Virus record (IMG/VR): IMGVR_UViG_3300023171_000011
Span: 1-64,000 of that record
DNA from: a virus
Length of the DNA stretch: 64,000 bases
Strand: one strand, 5' to 3'
A model generated the notes under the pieces. That model was given only the letters and a program-made list of their open reading frames with translations. It had not been told where the DNA came from and did no database searches. Position numbers and translations under genes: made by a program. Positions 24,689 to 35,700 of this stretch are shown piece after piece (position 1 is the stretch's first letter; the number at the start of each line of letters is the position of its first letter).

Positions 24689-27160
24689 ATGACTAACGAC
24701 AGTACGTATCCAAACCCACTAGCTTTAGATAGCGAAAAGAACTCTCCTGAATACGGATTAAGGGTTATGAAAGCAGCTTACGACCATTGGAACGGGGGGA
24801 ACGGGAAGGAATCTGCCAGTCAACGTAAACGTAGATTTGACTACAATAGAACGTATGCTTCTGGTCAACAGGATATGCAGGAGTTTAAAGATATTTTGGA
24901 TTTGGACGGTGATATGTCAGTTGTTAACCTTGACTATTCTCCAATTCCTATTGCTCCGGCATTTCTCGAAAGAATGGACGACAGGTTCATGCAAAGGATT
25001 GAAAAAATACAGTGCAATACTATAGATCCGCTAAGTCAAACTAAAAGAGAGAAAGCCAAAGCTGATCAGAAATTCAAGCTTAAGGAAAAAGAAAGAATCA
25101 TGGCGCTGCAGAATGAGTCAGGTGTCCAAGTAGAAGAGTTCAAAGAAGATGACCCTGCGGATGAAACGGAATTAGACCTTCGGTTTGGATTCACTTATAA
25201 GCAGCGTGAAGAGGTTATTATGGAACAGGGTATTGATCTTATCTTCTATGATAATAATTGGCCCATGGTCATTAAAAAGCGTATATTCAAAGATTTAAAG
25301 GAATGTGGTGTAGCTCAAGTTAAGCCTTTCATTGATCAGAACGGAAGAATTAAAATCAGGTTCTCTAAACCAGAAAATATCATTGCTTCTTATACGGATT
25401 GGGATGACTTTAGGGATTGTCAAATACAAGGCGAAATCTATGATATGAGCATCATGGCGATCCGGATGCTTTATCCTAAAAAGATCACTGAGGAAAAGCT
25501 TTTCGAGCTTGCTAAGTCTAAACGGGGAATCAACGGGAACCCCAATTCAGAGTTTGGTGATTGGAACCCCAATTTTAATACAGCGATTGCAAGGCCTTAT
25601 GATAACTTTAAAGTTCCTTGTGTAGAGTTAGACCTCAAAACAATTGCGAACCTCACCTACGAGAGCAAAGAGGACTCTTTTGGTAAAGAGATATTAAAGA
25701 AAGTCCAAGTTAAAAAAGAAGGAAAGAAATATATTGACAAACCATACGAAGTAGATTACACTGGTGTGTGGATTGTAGATACCGAATACTTGTTAGATTG
25801 GGGACTGTCAAAAAACATGATCAAGCCTAAAAATAATTTGACTGAGGTTAAGCTGCCATGGGTTACGTATATGTACAACAACGAGAAGATGTCTAATAAG
25901 CCTCTTGTTGAAACCATGATACCTTCGATCAAAATGATGCAGTTGATTTCTTTGCAAGAGCAAAAGATTATTGCAGCAGCAGCACCAGATGGGTTTAAGG
26001 TTGATATTTCTTCAATGAGCGATATCAATTTAGGAGACGGTATGGAAGATGTTTCTCCTTTTGATCTTTACAAGATTTACAAACAGACTGGTGTCCAGTA
26101 CTATAAAGGCATAGCTGACTCTGACGAACAAGGTATGAGTAGGCAAGAACCCATTCAGCCAATGAATGTTCCTTTCTCAGGAAAGCTTGAGCAATTGATG
26201 TCTAAATGGAACCAGGAGTATGATAAGTTGATGCGCATTATCGGGACTAACAATTTAGATTCCGGAAACATCCAGAACCAAGCGGTAGGAAAAGGAGTAT
26301 TACAAGAAGCCAGACAAACAGGAGAAAGTTCTACCAATTACCTTTACTTAGGGTACTTAAACATGATGGAGCGTACGGCTAAAATCTGCAAAGAGTTACT
26401 TTCTATTATTTTGTTCCATGGTAAGAAATATGGAATTGAATATTACGATGGATATCGCCATGCTTTAGATTCCGACAAAGTAGAGTACGTAAGAATTGAG
26501 GGTGATGAAGAATTAGAGAGAGCCGACTTTGATGTTAAAATTCAAGCAGTTGTTGACGACAAAGAGGCTGAGTTCCTGGAAAGAAACATTGAAATTGCTT
26601 TAGACAGAGAAACAATAGATTTGGATGATGCAATCAGAGTGAGACAATTGGCCCGTACAAATATCAAGTATGCGCTTTACGAGTTATCTTATGCTAAACG
26701 TAAAAGAAAACGTGACCGTATGGAAGAAGCTCAGGCTGCGAGTCAATCCAATACTGAGGCGGCAGTTGCGGCAGCTAACGCTAAAGCTGATGGAGATGCT
26801 AAATTGGAAGATCAGAAATTCCAGAATGCCATGGCGCTAATGAAAGAAGAAACTGAGGCCTTGAAAACAGAAGAGATAATAAAGTTTAACTCTATATTAA
26901 AAACAAAAGTTATCGAGGGTATGCTAACTCAAGGAGCAAACATACAGCAAATTCAAACTTCTGCGCCATGGGTATTCGCTGGAATAGGCCTAGTTACGCA
27001 AACGACAGAAGAAATAATGCAAGAACAATTACAAGATATGCAAGAACAAGGACGGATTGAACAACAACAAGCACTCCAACAGCAGCAATTACAAGCCCAA
27101 CAAGAAGAGCAAATGATGCAGCAGGGTAACTTACCCCAAGAACAAGAGATGGTCGCTTAA
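24689..27160 (+). CDS. portal protein (podovirus/crAss-like)
   Basis: Follows TerL; R.YA.G.Q...LDYSPIPI.P, APDG..D, YKQTG; Gln-rich helical C-terminus. Confidence 0.88.
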   Translation: MTNDSTYPNPLALDSEKNSPEYGLRVMKAAYDHWNGGNGKESASQRKRRFDYNRTYASGQQDMQEFKDILDLDGDMSVVNLDYSPIPIAPAFLERMDDRFMQRIEKIQCNTIDPLSQTKREKAKADQKFKLKEKERIMALQNESGVQVEEFKEDDPADETELDLRFGFTYKQREEVIMEQGIDLIFYDNNWPMVIKKRIFKDLKECGVAQVKPFIDQNGRIKIRFSKPENIIASYTDWDDFRDCQIQGEIYDMSIMAIRMLYPKKITEEKLFELAKSKRGINGNPNSEFGDWNPNFNTAIARPYDNFKVPCVELDLKTIANLTYESKEDSFGKEILKKVQVKKEGKKYIDKPYEVDYTGVWIVDTEYLLDWGLSKNMIKPKNNLTEVKLPWVTYMYNNEKMSNKPLVETMIPSIKMMQLISLQEQKIIAAAAPDGFKVDISSMSDINLGDGMEDVSPFDLYKIYKQTGVQYYKGIADSDEQGMSRQEPIQPMNVPFSGKLEQLMSKWNQEYDKLMRIIGTNNLDSGNIQNQAVGKGVLQEARQTGESSTNYLYLGYLNMMERTAKICKELLSIILFHGKKYGIEYYDGYRHALDSDKVEYVRIEGDEELERADFDVKIQAVVDDKEAEFLERNIEIALDRETIDLDDAIRVRQLARTNIKYALYELSYAKRKRKRDRMEEAQAASQSNTEAAVAAANAKADGDAKLEDQKFQNAMALMKEETEALKTEEIIKFNSILKTKVIEGMLTQGANIQQIQTSAPWVFAGIGLVTQTTEEIMQEQLQDMQEQGRIEQQQALQQQQLQAQQEEQMMQQGNLPQEQEMVA

Positions 27161-27171
27161 AACGGCTTATT

Positions 27172-27202
27172 TTGCATTTAATTAAAAATTGATATACATT
27201 TG
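27172..27202 (+). promoter_or_regulatory. promoter of scaffold/capsid operon
   Basis: TTG-N20-TACATTTG. Confidence 0.75.
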
Positions 27203-27231
27203 ATTAACAAATAGAAAAAAGAAAAAACAAT

Positions 27232-28296
27232 ATGAGTACAGAAACTGAAACACCCGTTGCTAATGAGGCTCCTGTCTCAGACAACAATGCTGTAAATCCA
27301 TGGGATAGTTCACCAGCACCAATAGAGACTCCTTCGCATGAACCGGAAGTAAACGGTGTGCCGATAAAAGATGTGACCGTAGAACCCGTTAAAACTACTG
27401 AGGTTAAAACATTTGAGTCTACTCCTGAGCCTGTAATCCAAGAAAAAGTAATTGAAAAAATTGTAGAGAAATACCCTGAGTTTAAAGACGAGTATTCTAA
27501 ACAATTGTTCGATGCTATTCAAAACGGTAAAGAGAACGAGCTGTATGATTACCTGTCTCGCAAAAACAAAGACTACAATACAATGTCTGATGTTGATGTG
27601 GTTAAGGAAAATCTAAAAATCACTAACCCAAGCTGGACAGATAAAGATATTGCCAACGAAATTAAATTCAAATACGGCAACATTCCAGAAAAAAAAGACT
27701 TGAGTCTTATTGATCGAGAAGAAGACCCGGAAGGTTACGAAAAAGCAGAGCGGTTCAATGATGACGTTGATCACAAAGAATTACTGTTAAGCAGAGATGC
27801 CAGGGATTCACGTATCGCTTTAGAGCAAACTAAAAAAACAATAGAGTTCCCCAAAATAGAAAATGTAAGCAATCAACCAGAAGGTCCTACGCAAGAACAG
27901 CTTGACGAAGAACAAAGGCAATGGGAGTTACAGGTTGATGCCGAGATGCCAAAACTATCAGATTTTAAATTCAAAATAGGTGATGAGGAAATCACTTACA
28001 GGATTACAAACGAAGATAAGGCTGATCAAACTGCTTACATGAAAAGCTTTACTCCGCAGAAACTGGCGAGTGAGTTAGGTTGGGTTAATGAAGATGGAAG
28101 TTACAATATTTCAAAACTTGCCGAGGATGTGCTTAAGTTAAAAAATATTGATAAAATCATTGCTTCATCAGCCACGCAAATGAAAACCTCAGCAACTAAA
28201 GAGGTAATTGCTGAGATTAAAAATGTAGACCTTACTCAAAAATCGACTTCACCTGAGTTAGCGCAAAAATCAATTGGGGAATTGCTTTGGACTTAA
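27232..28296 (+). CDS. putative scaffolding protein
   Basis: Acidic, helical; between portal and capsid; KDYNTMSD motif. Confidence 0.7.
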   Translation: MSTETETPVANEAPVSDNNAVNPWDSSPAPIETPSHEPEVNGVPIKDVTVEPVKTTEVKTFESTPEPVIQEKVIEKIVEKYPEFKDEYSKQLFDAIQNGKENELYDYLSRKNKDYNTMSDVDVVKENLKITNPSWTDKDIANEIKFKYGNIPEKKDLSLIDREEDPEGYEKAERFNDDVDHKELLLSRDARDSRIALEQTKKTIEFPKIENVSNQPEGPTQEQLDEEQRQWELQVDAEMPKLSDFKFKIGDEEITYRITNEDKADQTAYMKSFTPQKLASELGWVNEDGSYNISKLAEDVLKLKNIDKIIASSATQMKTSATKEVIAEIKNVDLTQKSTSPELAQKSIGELLWT

Positions 28297-28325
28297 TCCT
28301 TAACCCAAATTAAAAACTTAAAATT

Positions 28326-29681
28326 ATGGCTATCACTATTCCAAATAGTACACCTGCAAATTATTCAGATCCATCGGTAACCCGTTACGGACTTATTTCA
28401 GGCCTAAACATCGTTAACATTCATGCTGCTAATACCTTCTATGACACTTACGGTTGGACTCCTTACACTTCGCTATCTGAATTGATGGGTGACGATGAGA
28501 AGGCTGACAACAAAGAGTTCAGATGGTATCAATCACATGGACGTGTTATGGGCTTTGTTACTGCTTCGGCTGATGTTACTGTAGCGAACAACGCTGCTGC
28601 AACGATCACTGTAGGAACAGGTTCTTACTCACAAGCAGGAACAAAATCTTTACCGGCTTTAGGTCTTGTATTCCACAATGCTCGTACTGGCGTAGATTCA
28701 AGAGTATCTGCTGTTCCAAACAAAGCTACACCTAATGCGCACACGTTTGCAATGACTCCGGTTGTTACTGGACAAAATGCTTCGGTATTGGCAGGAGATG
28801 AGTTGTTGTCTCGTGGTTTCATTTATCTTGGTGAGCAATCTGATAAAACAGATACGATCATCAGAAACATTGACCGTTACTCTAACTTCTGTACTGAGAT
28901 TCGTGCGGATGATACCATTGGAGATTTGTCTGATGCAGAAAGAATCGAGTTTCAAATCAATGGAAACTATTCTTACACTTACAAGCAAACAAGGGACACC
29001 AACTTACGTTTAATGCGTGAGAAAGATTTCTTGATCTTTGAGGGTACTCAAACCACCAACCTACCTTACGATGAGTCAGGTTCAAACGGTGTAATCAAAC
29101 AAGTTCAGGCGAATGGTATCAATATGGACTATGCAACCTGGAACATTGCTGCTTGGGCTACTTTAAACAGAGGCTTAAACTCGGTGGGTGCTCCAAAAGA
29201 GTACGATGTGTTGTCTGACGATACTGCTGCTGTAGAGATGCAAAACTCTCTTTCAACAGAGTTCAACAACGGTGCAATCGTTTATTCGGCTGCTGCTGGT
29301 ACAAGAGGTGGTATTGATCTTGAGCGTGACTTCCAGTCATTCAAAATCTACAAACGTAAATACAACTTCACCACTTACGGATTGTTCAATGAGCAAGAAG
29401 TATATGGTTCAAGCGGTTTAGGTACTCGTAACAGGTTCAGTTTGTTTATGCCTACAGGTAAAACATCTTCTGCTAAATCAAACGGTAGCACGATCACCAT
29501 GCCTCGTTTCTCAGTGATGTACCAAACTCCATTCGGAGGTAACAAATGGCATGCAGCTCAGAACGGTTTGTTTGCTGACACTCCTACTTCGACTAAAGCT
29601 GAAAAAATCTTCACAACCATTGGTTACTTCGGTTCTAGGGTTATTGGAGCTCAACAATACGCAATCGTTAAAGGAAACTAA
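28326..29681 (+). CDS. major capsid protein
   Basis: 451 aa, strongly biased codons, after scaffold; EFRWYQ, GSNGVIKQV; followed by strong hairpin. Confidence 0.85.
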   Translation: MAITIPNSTPANYSDPSVTRYGLISGLNIVNIHAANTFYDTYGWTPYTSLSELMGDDEKADNKEFRWYQSHGRVMGFVTASADVTVANNAAATITVGTGSYSQAGTKSLPALGLVFHNARTGVDSRVSAVPNKATPNAHTFAMTPVVTGQNASVLAGDELLSRGFIYLGEQSDKTDTIIRNIDRYSNFCTEIRADDTIGDLSDAERIEFQINGNYSYTYKQTRDTNLRLMREKDFLIFEGTQTTNLPYDESGSNGVIKQVQANGINMDYATWNIAAWATLNRGLNSVGAPKEYDVLSDDTAAVEMQNSLSTEFNNGAIVYSAAAGTRGGIDLERDFQSFKIYKRKYNFTTYGLFNEQEVYGSSGLGTRNRFSLFMPTGKTSSAKSNGSTITMPRFSVMYQTPFGGNKWHAAQNGLFADTPTSTKAEKIFTTIGYFGSRVIGAQQYAIVKGN

Positions 29682-29685
29682 TACC

Positions 29686-29717
29686 AAAGCCCCTGTAGAA
29701 ATATGGGGGCTTTATTT
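29686..29717 (+). terminator. terminator after capsid gene
   Basis: AAAGCCCCTGTA/TATGGGGGCTTT. Confidence 0.75.
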
Positions 29718-29740
29718 ACTTAACATATAGAAAAGAAAAA

Positions 29741-30640
29741 ATGACAGAAACAGTAGAAAAACCCAAAAGAAGGGGCAACCCCAATTTAGGAAAAAGAAAA
29801 GAAACAGTAAGCACTACGGGCCCAAAAAGAGGAATATATGTGTTTAAATTACTAAAGTCTCACGAGTCTCTTAAGCCAGTGAATAACATCACTCAGGAGA
29901 TCGACGACAACCCGTATCCACATATGTATATCGCTGCCAATTCTGGTGTTGCATGGGACGAAGAGCGGGGTGAGGAGCGCAGATGGAGATACCTTTACGG
30001 ATACTCAAGCATTTGGGAAGAAGATCAGGTTAATCCTAAGCCGGATGTTAACCGGTTAACGAATTCTGATGGTAAAAACGATATTGTGTTTTTGAAAGGA
30101 TTCTTAAAAGTTAGAGCTGGTGATACTGCTAAACTTAAAGCGCTTCAAGTAAACGATGGTTTTGAAGGAAACACCAATAAAGTAAACAATATTCCAGACG
30201 TGTTCGAATTGGTAGATGCAGATAAAGCTAAAATGGCTATCCGTAACGCTGCCGACAGATCGTTTGCTGCTGAGTCTGCTGCTCGTAAATTAGAGGGCGC
30301 TGAATTGCTTGGTGTTGCTTTGGCATTAGGTATTGATGTGAATGATCCTGATCTAATTGACGATGTAAGATCAGATGTTATCGCCAGGGCTAAGGCCGAA
30401 GCTGATAATTTCATGAAGATTGTCAACGACCCAAGACACAAAATTAAATACATGGCATTAAGAGGCCTTAACGAAGGGCTTATCACTACGGTTGGCACTA
30501 CGCTTTCCTACCAAGGAACGCCATGGTTGCAAATCAATCCTAACGTAGATGTTGCTCATCAAATATCAAGTCAGGTGCTTGGTGGAGATAAAAAGGCAAA
30601 GGAATTGTACGACTCCTTATTGGAGTACTATAACGTATAG
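29741..30640 (+). CDS. conserved post-capsid protein of Bacteroidetes podoviruses
   Basis: RRWRY..G.SSIWEEDQ...IVF.KGFLKV pattern and position. Confidence 0.7.
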   Translation: MTETVEKPKRRGNPNLGKRKETVSTTGPKRGIYVFKLLKSHESLKPVNNITQEIDDNPYPHMYIAANSGVAWDEERGEERRWRYLYGYSSIWEEDQVNPKPDVNRLTNSDGKNDIVFLKGFLKVRAGDTAKLKALQVNDGFEGNTNKVNNIPDVFELVDADKAKMAIRNAADRSFAAESAARKLEGAELLGVALALGIDVNDPDLIDDVRSDVIARAKAEADNFMKIVNDPRHKIKYMALRGLNEGLITTVGTTLSYQGTPWLQINPNVDVAHQISSQVLGGDKKAKELYDSLLEYYNV

Positions 30641-30659
30641 TTCTTTTTTCTATATTGTT

Positions 30660-30692
30660 AGTCCCTGTATCAGAAATGGTCAGGGATTTTTT
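30660..30692 (+). terminator. terminator
   Basis: AGTCCCTG...CAGGGATT followed by T tract. Confidence 0.75.
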
Positions 30693-30730
30693 AATTTAAT
30701 TTTTAATACATTTGACTAAATAATAAGCGA

Positions 30731-31372
30731 ATGGCAACTATTGATGAATGTTACAGGTTATTAAAGTACAGGGCTACTAAGAGTGGATTCAACGGCAATT
30801 TAAGTCCGGAAGATTTCAATTTGATTTGGAACAGAGCAGAACAGCGACACTTTAATAACGAATATAAAAGGTACTTGATCAATCAGGAAAGTGCAGATAG
30901 CCTTATACCCTTCAAAACAGACCCTCTAGCGATATCAATTACTTCTGATGGCAAATACACCAAGCCGGCAGGAGTTCTTCATGTAGACGCTGTTAGAGCG
31001 CCTTATTTGACAACAGAGGTAGAAGTGGTCAGGGTGGAAGACGACAGACTTGCTAACCACTTAAATTCGACTTATGATGCTCCAAACGCTGAGTTTCCGA
31101 TATACACCGAATACAAGGCCTACATTCAATTTAATCCCAAGAACCTGGCAAATGCCTTGCTAGTTTATTTAAAGGCGCTGACACCTGCTAAATGGGCTTA
31201 TACGCTTGTTAACAACAGACCTTTCTATGATAGCGATAATTCAGTTCAACCTTTATGGAGAGAGAATGATATTGATGAAATTATTTATATTGCAGGTTTG
31301 GACTTAGGCCTTAATTTAAGAGATCAGCAAACAATTCAGATGAGTGATAAACTAGCTAAAGAAAACGCATAA
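30731..31372 (+). CDS. tail ring / head-tail adaptor protein
   Basis: G.LSPEDFN...A, YLK..P..WAY crAss-like ring pattern; promoter TACATTTG at 30707. Confidence 0.75.
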   Translation: MATIDECYRLLKYRATKSGFNGNLSPEDFNLIWNRAEQRHFNNEYKRYLINQESADSLIPFKTDPLAISITSDGKYTKPAGVLHVDAVRAPYLTTEVEVVRVEDDRLANHLNSTYDAPNAEFPIYTEYKAYIQFNPKNLANALLVYLKALTPAKWAYTLVNNRPFYDSDNSVQPLWRENDIDEIIYIAGLDLGLNLRDQQTIQMSDKLAKENA

Positions 31373-32007
31373 TGGCAACAACGTATAAAAAATTAGCTGA
31401 GCTTACTAGAAACTCATATTTCAAAGTAATTCCATCAGATGACGCTTCGTTATCACTCCGATTTTTCGCTGAACTAATCGCACAAGAAGTAGCTGAAATG
31501 GCTACAATGAATGCGTTTGAGAATTCCAATCAGGGTGAAAGTACCTATAGTAATGATGCTTTCATTTCGGTGTTTAGAAACCTTGCTCTTTTAGTCAGGT
31601 CCAATGGAGAAAAATACATTAAGTTACCAAGTACACCAACGGCACTCCCTAATAATCAGGAAATTTCGGAAGTAGAGATAAACGGCACTAAATGTTTGCC
31701 GGCTATTCCTGTTACCGGAAGACAGATGTTTGCTTTGAAGCTGATTAACAAGACACAAACAGGCAGTTTATTGATGTTTAAGCGAGAAGGGAACGAAATT
31801 ATATTTCAGGGGCCAACTACTTTGCTTGAGGGAACTGCAGATATTAAAATGATTGGTGCTGTAAGTGGAGACGATTTACTGACTGCAGATTTGAATATTC
31901 CTAAAAACTTTGAGAGTCGGATCATGAATAAAATATTAGGTAAGCTGTTGCCTTTGAAAAATCAGCCAATAGATTACGTTAACGATTCAATATCTAACCC
32001 TGGGTAA
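31372..32007 (+). CDS. tail ring protein
   Basis: Position, size, P.D..ND C-terminus. Confidence 0.65.
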   Translation: MATTYKKLAELTRNSYFKVIPSDDASLSLRFFAELIAQEVAEMATMNAFENSNQGESTYSNDAFISVFRNLALLVRSNGEKYIKLPSTPTALPNNQEISEVEINGTKCLPAIPVTGRQMFALKLINKTQTGSLLMFKREGNEIIFQGPTTLLEGTADIKMIGAVSGDDLLTADLNIPKNFESRIMNKILGKLLPLKNQPIDYVNDSISNPG

Positions 32008-32009
32008 TT

Positions 32010-32759
32010 ATGGACATGACACTTAGAAAAATAGTTGGTCAGTTTTTAATGAGTGCAGACCAATCTTCTCACCAATTCGTTAGGTTGTTTGAGATTGGTA
32101 AGTTCGGCTTAGAGACAGAGTTCAACCTAGATATTACTGGTACGTTTAAAACAGTCATTTTAGACGTTATGGCTAATAAAAACGTAAAGCTGCCATGTGA
32201 CTACATCTCTTATAAAAAGATTGGCCTACTGAACGCTAAAGGCGAGGTAGTGACACTGAAAAGGAACGATCAATTGAGTAAGTTACAAACCAACAACACA
32301 AGCGGAGTTAAAGTTACCGGAACAACTGAAGGGCTTTATTCGTACAATGACCTTTACTACAATAACTATTTTTTGAATGGAACTTCTTGGAAACTATTTG
32401 GGGCCAATAGCGGTACACCAAACAGGGGCGAATATACTGTAGATAAAAGAAACGGGGTTATTCGGTTAGATGCTAATTTCCATGGTACACAATTAGTGTT
32501 AGAATATTTGTGTGATGGATATGAAGAGGGTGAAGATGATTACTTTGTAGACGTAAGGGCCGCTAAATGTATGATGGCTTATTTAAGATGGCAAGATGCA
32601 ATTGATCAGAGAAAGAAATTCAGTGGTGGACAGGTAAATGCTTTCATGAAAGATTTCTACAGAGAGAAACGTCTGGCTAAAGTAAGGTTAAATCCTTTTG
32701 TATTGAACGAAATGGCAATCGCTACGAGAATCGGGACAAAATTAGTGGCTAAAGCATAA
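32010..32759 (+). CDS. tail ring/tubular protein
   Basis: LPCDYISY.KI...LVLEYLCDG...AKVRL. Confidence 0.75.
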   Translation: MDMTLRKIVGQFLMSADQSSHQFVRLFEIGKFGLETEFNLDITGTFKTVILDVMANKNVKLPCDYISYKKIGLLNAKGEVVTLKRNDQLSKLQTNNTSGVKVTGTTEGLYSYNDLYYNNYFLNGTSWKLFGANSGTPNRGEYTVDKRNGVIRLDANFHGTQLVLEYLCDGYEEGEDDYFVDVRAAKCMMAYLRWQDAIDQRKKFSGGQVNAFMKDFYREKRLAKVRLNPFVLNEMAIATRIGTKLVAKA

Positions 32760-35700
32760 TGGAAGAACTAAAGAAATTTATCGGTGGAGGTATGGATTTT
32801 GAAACATCCTACTCAAAGATGGCTAGTAATGACTTTCCAGAGTCATTCAATTTAATTCTTAGTGGCGTAGAATTTAGCGAATTTGGTGACGGAACTAATC
32901 TCCCATCGAATCGTGAAATAACCGGCTACGCTTTACCTGCCGGAATAAATAAGTGTATAGGGGCTGAGAAGTTCGAGAATGAAAGAATTATTCTGGCGTT
33001 CATTTATAACTCATTTGGGTTTCATCAGTTCTTTGAGTACAACTACGATACTGATGTAAAAACACTTTTATTCACCAATAAAACCGATTCAGGTGGAGTA
33101 GACATTTTACCCCTTACAGTAAACAACTACATTTCTGATATTAAACTAGCTAACAGTACTGAGGTGATCTTCACTGACTCCAATATGGAGATCGGCTATA
33201 TCAATAAAGAACGACTTAAATCTGGCGCTTTAGGGGTTGTTACTCAGGATGACGTTAGATTGATTAAGGCTCAACCTTTAAAGCTCCCACAAGTGAGATA
33301 TGGAGACGACGCAGGGCGTGTGGTGAACTTAATGAAGAACAAGTTATTCCAGTACCGTTATCAGTATGGGTATTTGGATAATGAACCAAGTGCTTACTCT
33401 TCTATTTCTAAACGACAAGTTCCAACTAAAGAAAGTACAACTGCTATTGGGGAGGATGTAACCAAAAACAACAACCAAATTATTTCGGTAGATGCCGGCA
33501 CCAATAGGGTACTTGACATTAATATTGCAGCCCGTTATGACAACTTGGATTGGGAGACGATTAAGAGCGTTAAGAGGGCTTATGTGATTGCTTTACCAAA
33601 TACTGCCATAGATATACCCAACGAGGTATATGAGGCTTATAACCCCACTACAAACCAATATTCATTTGTTCACTACAACGATGGACTTTATGTAAACATT
33701 GACCCAAGAGAAACTGATTCAGTATTTGATAACGTTCCAAGAAAAGCAGAGACTTTAGAATTATTGGAGTCTAACATTTTAGCTGTAGCTGGACTGACTG
33801 AGGGATATGAAAGACCGGCGATCGACGTAAGAATGACTGTTAATGACTACGACCCAAAATTAGAAACAGCACCTTTAGACCCTAATCAGTTAAAGGTTAC
33901 GAATATGTACAATAGTGACCCTCCTGGAAAAGTTCACAAAAGAAGGATTCATGTAAACTTTTCTGGTATTGCAAAGACGGGTGATAAGATTACGATTGTG
34001 CTTAAGGACGTAAGGGAGGTTACAACTACCAAGACTTATTACTATGAGGTTGAGTCAACTTACAACAATAACACTTTAGGAGCCCTACAGAAGTTCGCTA
34101 CGAACATGGGTAACAGTGGAGGACCAGGTGGAGTAGGCGCTAGTGTGACTGCTATATCCGGAGGTTATCAACTTACCTGGATTGACTTTGAATACTATTG
34201 GGATGGTTACTCAGATGTAGAGAACTCTTCGGTTGGTTCTGGTCAACTAAGCTCTATTCATGCATTAAAATCAAATTCAGCTTATCAGGCTTGTATTATT
34301 CCTTTTGATCATTATGGAAGGCCACTTCCGGTGATTACAGGTAAAGACTTTATTTTCAAAACCAATTCCTACGCTCAAAGCAAGGGGCTTACTCCGAGGT
34401 TAAGTTGGCAGTTACTGAGTAATTTTCCGAAAGAAGTGGAGAGTTTTCAGTGGGGTCTATCGTTAAACACCACCCACCAAGCTACACTTTATATCAACGG
34501 GGCTTACATGCGTACCGATGGACAGTATATTGTTTTAAACATCAATCCGCTAAAAACCTTCAACGAGAGAAATGCAAGCTCGATTTTAAATTACGAGTAC
34601 TCTGAGGGAGATCGGGCGACATTTATGTACTACGACAATTCTGGGACTAAGGTTTACTTTGATAATCCGTTTATTGATGTCCAGGTTGCAGGATTTGATA
34701 TCGTAGTAGACACTACACCTGATCCTGATACGACTACTTACGAATTAAAAGTTAAACTAAACAGCTCAATTGATACTGCGGCTATTTCTGGTAAAAACAT
34801 TTACATTGAATTATACACCCCTAAGAAAAGAGTAACGGTAAGCGGTGGACAAACTACCTACTTAGAGAATTTATTCTTTGAGATTGGAGAGCAGTTTGAT
34901 GTGGTTGATGGAGTCCCTCAAGTAACAAGCGGAACGATTACCGATGGAGACGTTTATTTTCAGACCAGAGATTATGTAAGTGCGGTAAACGACACCGACT
35001 ATACTACTTACTTGGCTGAGGACTTCAACTTCTCTCCACTTTACAAATCGAACTACACTTCTTACGGTAGGGGATTTCAATACAACGAGAGGGATGGGAT
35101 TAAAATCAGAAAAGCTGGCATTAGGTACTCGGACAAATATGTGATCGACTCCAAACTTAATCTTTTGAATAGGTTTTATGCTGAAAGACTATATGGGGAC
35201 AACGACGGAGAAAGTTCAAGTAACTTCGGATGGATTAGAAAGATCCGTCAACGAGACAATTACTTAATCTGTATTCAGGAAGTAAAAGAAGGTCACATTC
35301 CTTTATTCCAATCTATCGTCGAGGATCAAGAGGCCCAAGCTCAGGCTTACCTTTCTGATAAGTTGTTTAATAAAATCCGCTATTCTAATACTGGTTCTTA
35401 TGGGATGGGTAATGCTCCGGAGAGTTATTCTGAGAGTCCAAATGGTTCAGTAGGTTTTGCAGATCCAAACAACTCTGTTCCGATGAGGGATGGGGCCAAT
35501 GGGTTAACAGACATATCTGGTAAGATGAGTAAGTTTTTCAAACAGACTTTTCAAGCTGCTAAACAAGCCGGCAAATCGATTATCTCTTATTGGGACAACT
35601 ACACACTTCAAAGGGTATTCAGTATCCAGGAAGACGAAGATACCGTATTTCAGGTTCCGGTAAATGAGAACAGTTTGGTTTACGAAGACCCGTACACTGT

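Noticed and set aside
27020-27160. CAA/CAG-rich repeat
   Set aside because: Simply encodes the Gln-rich portal C-terminus.
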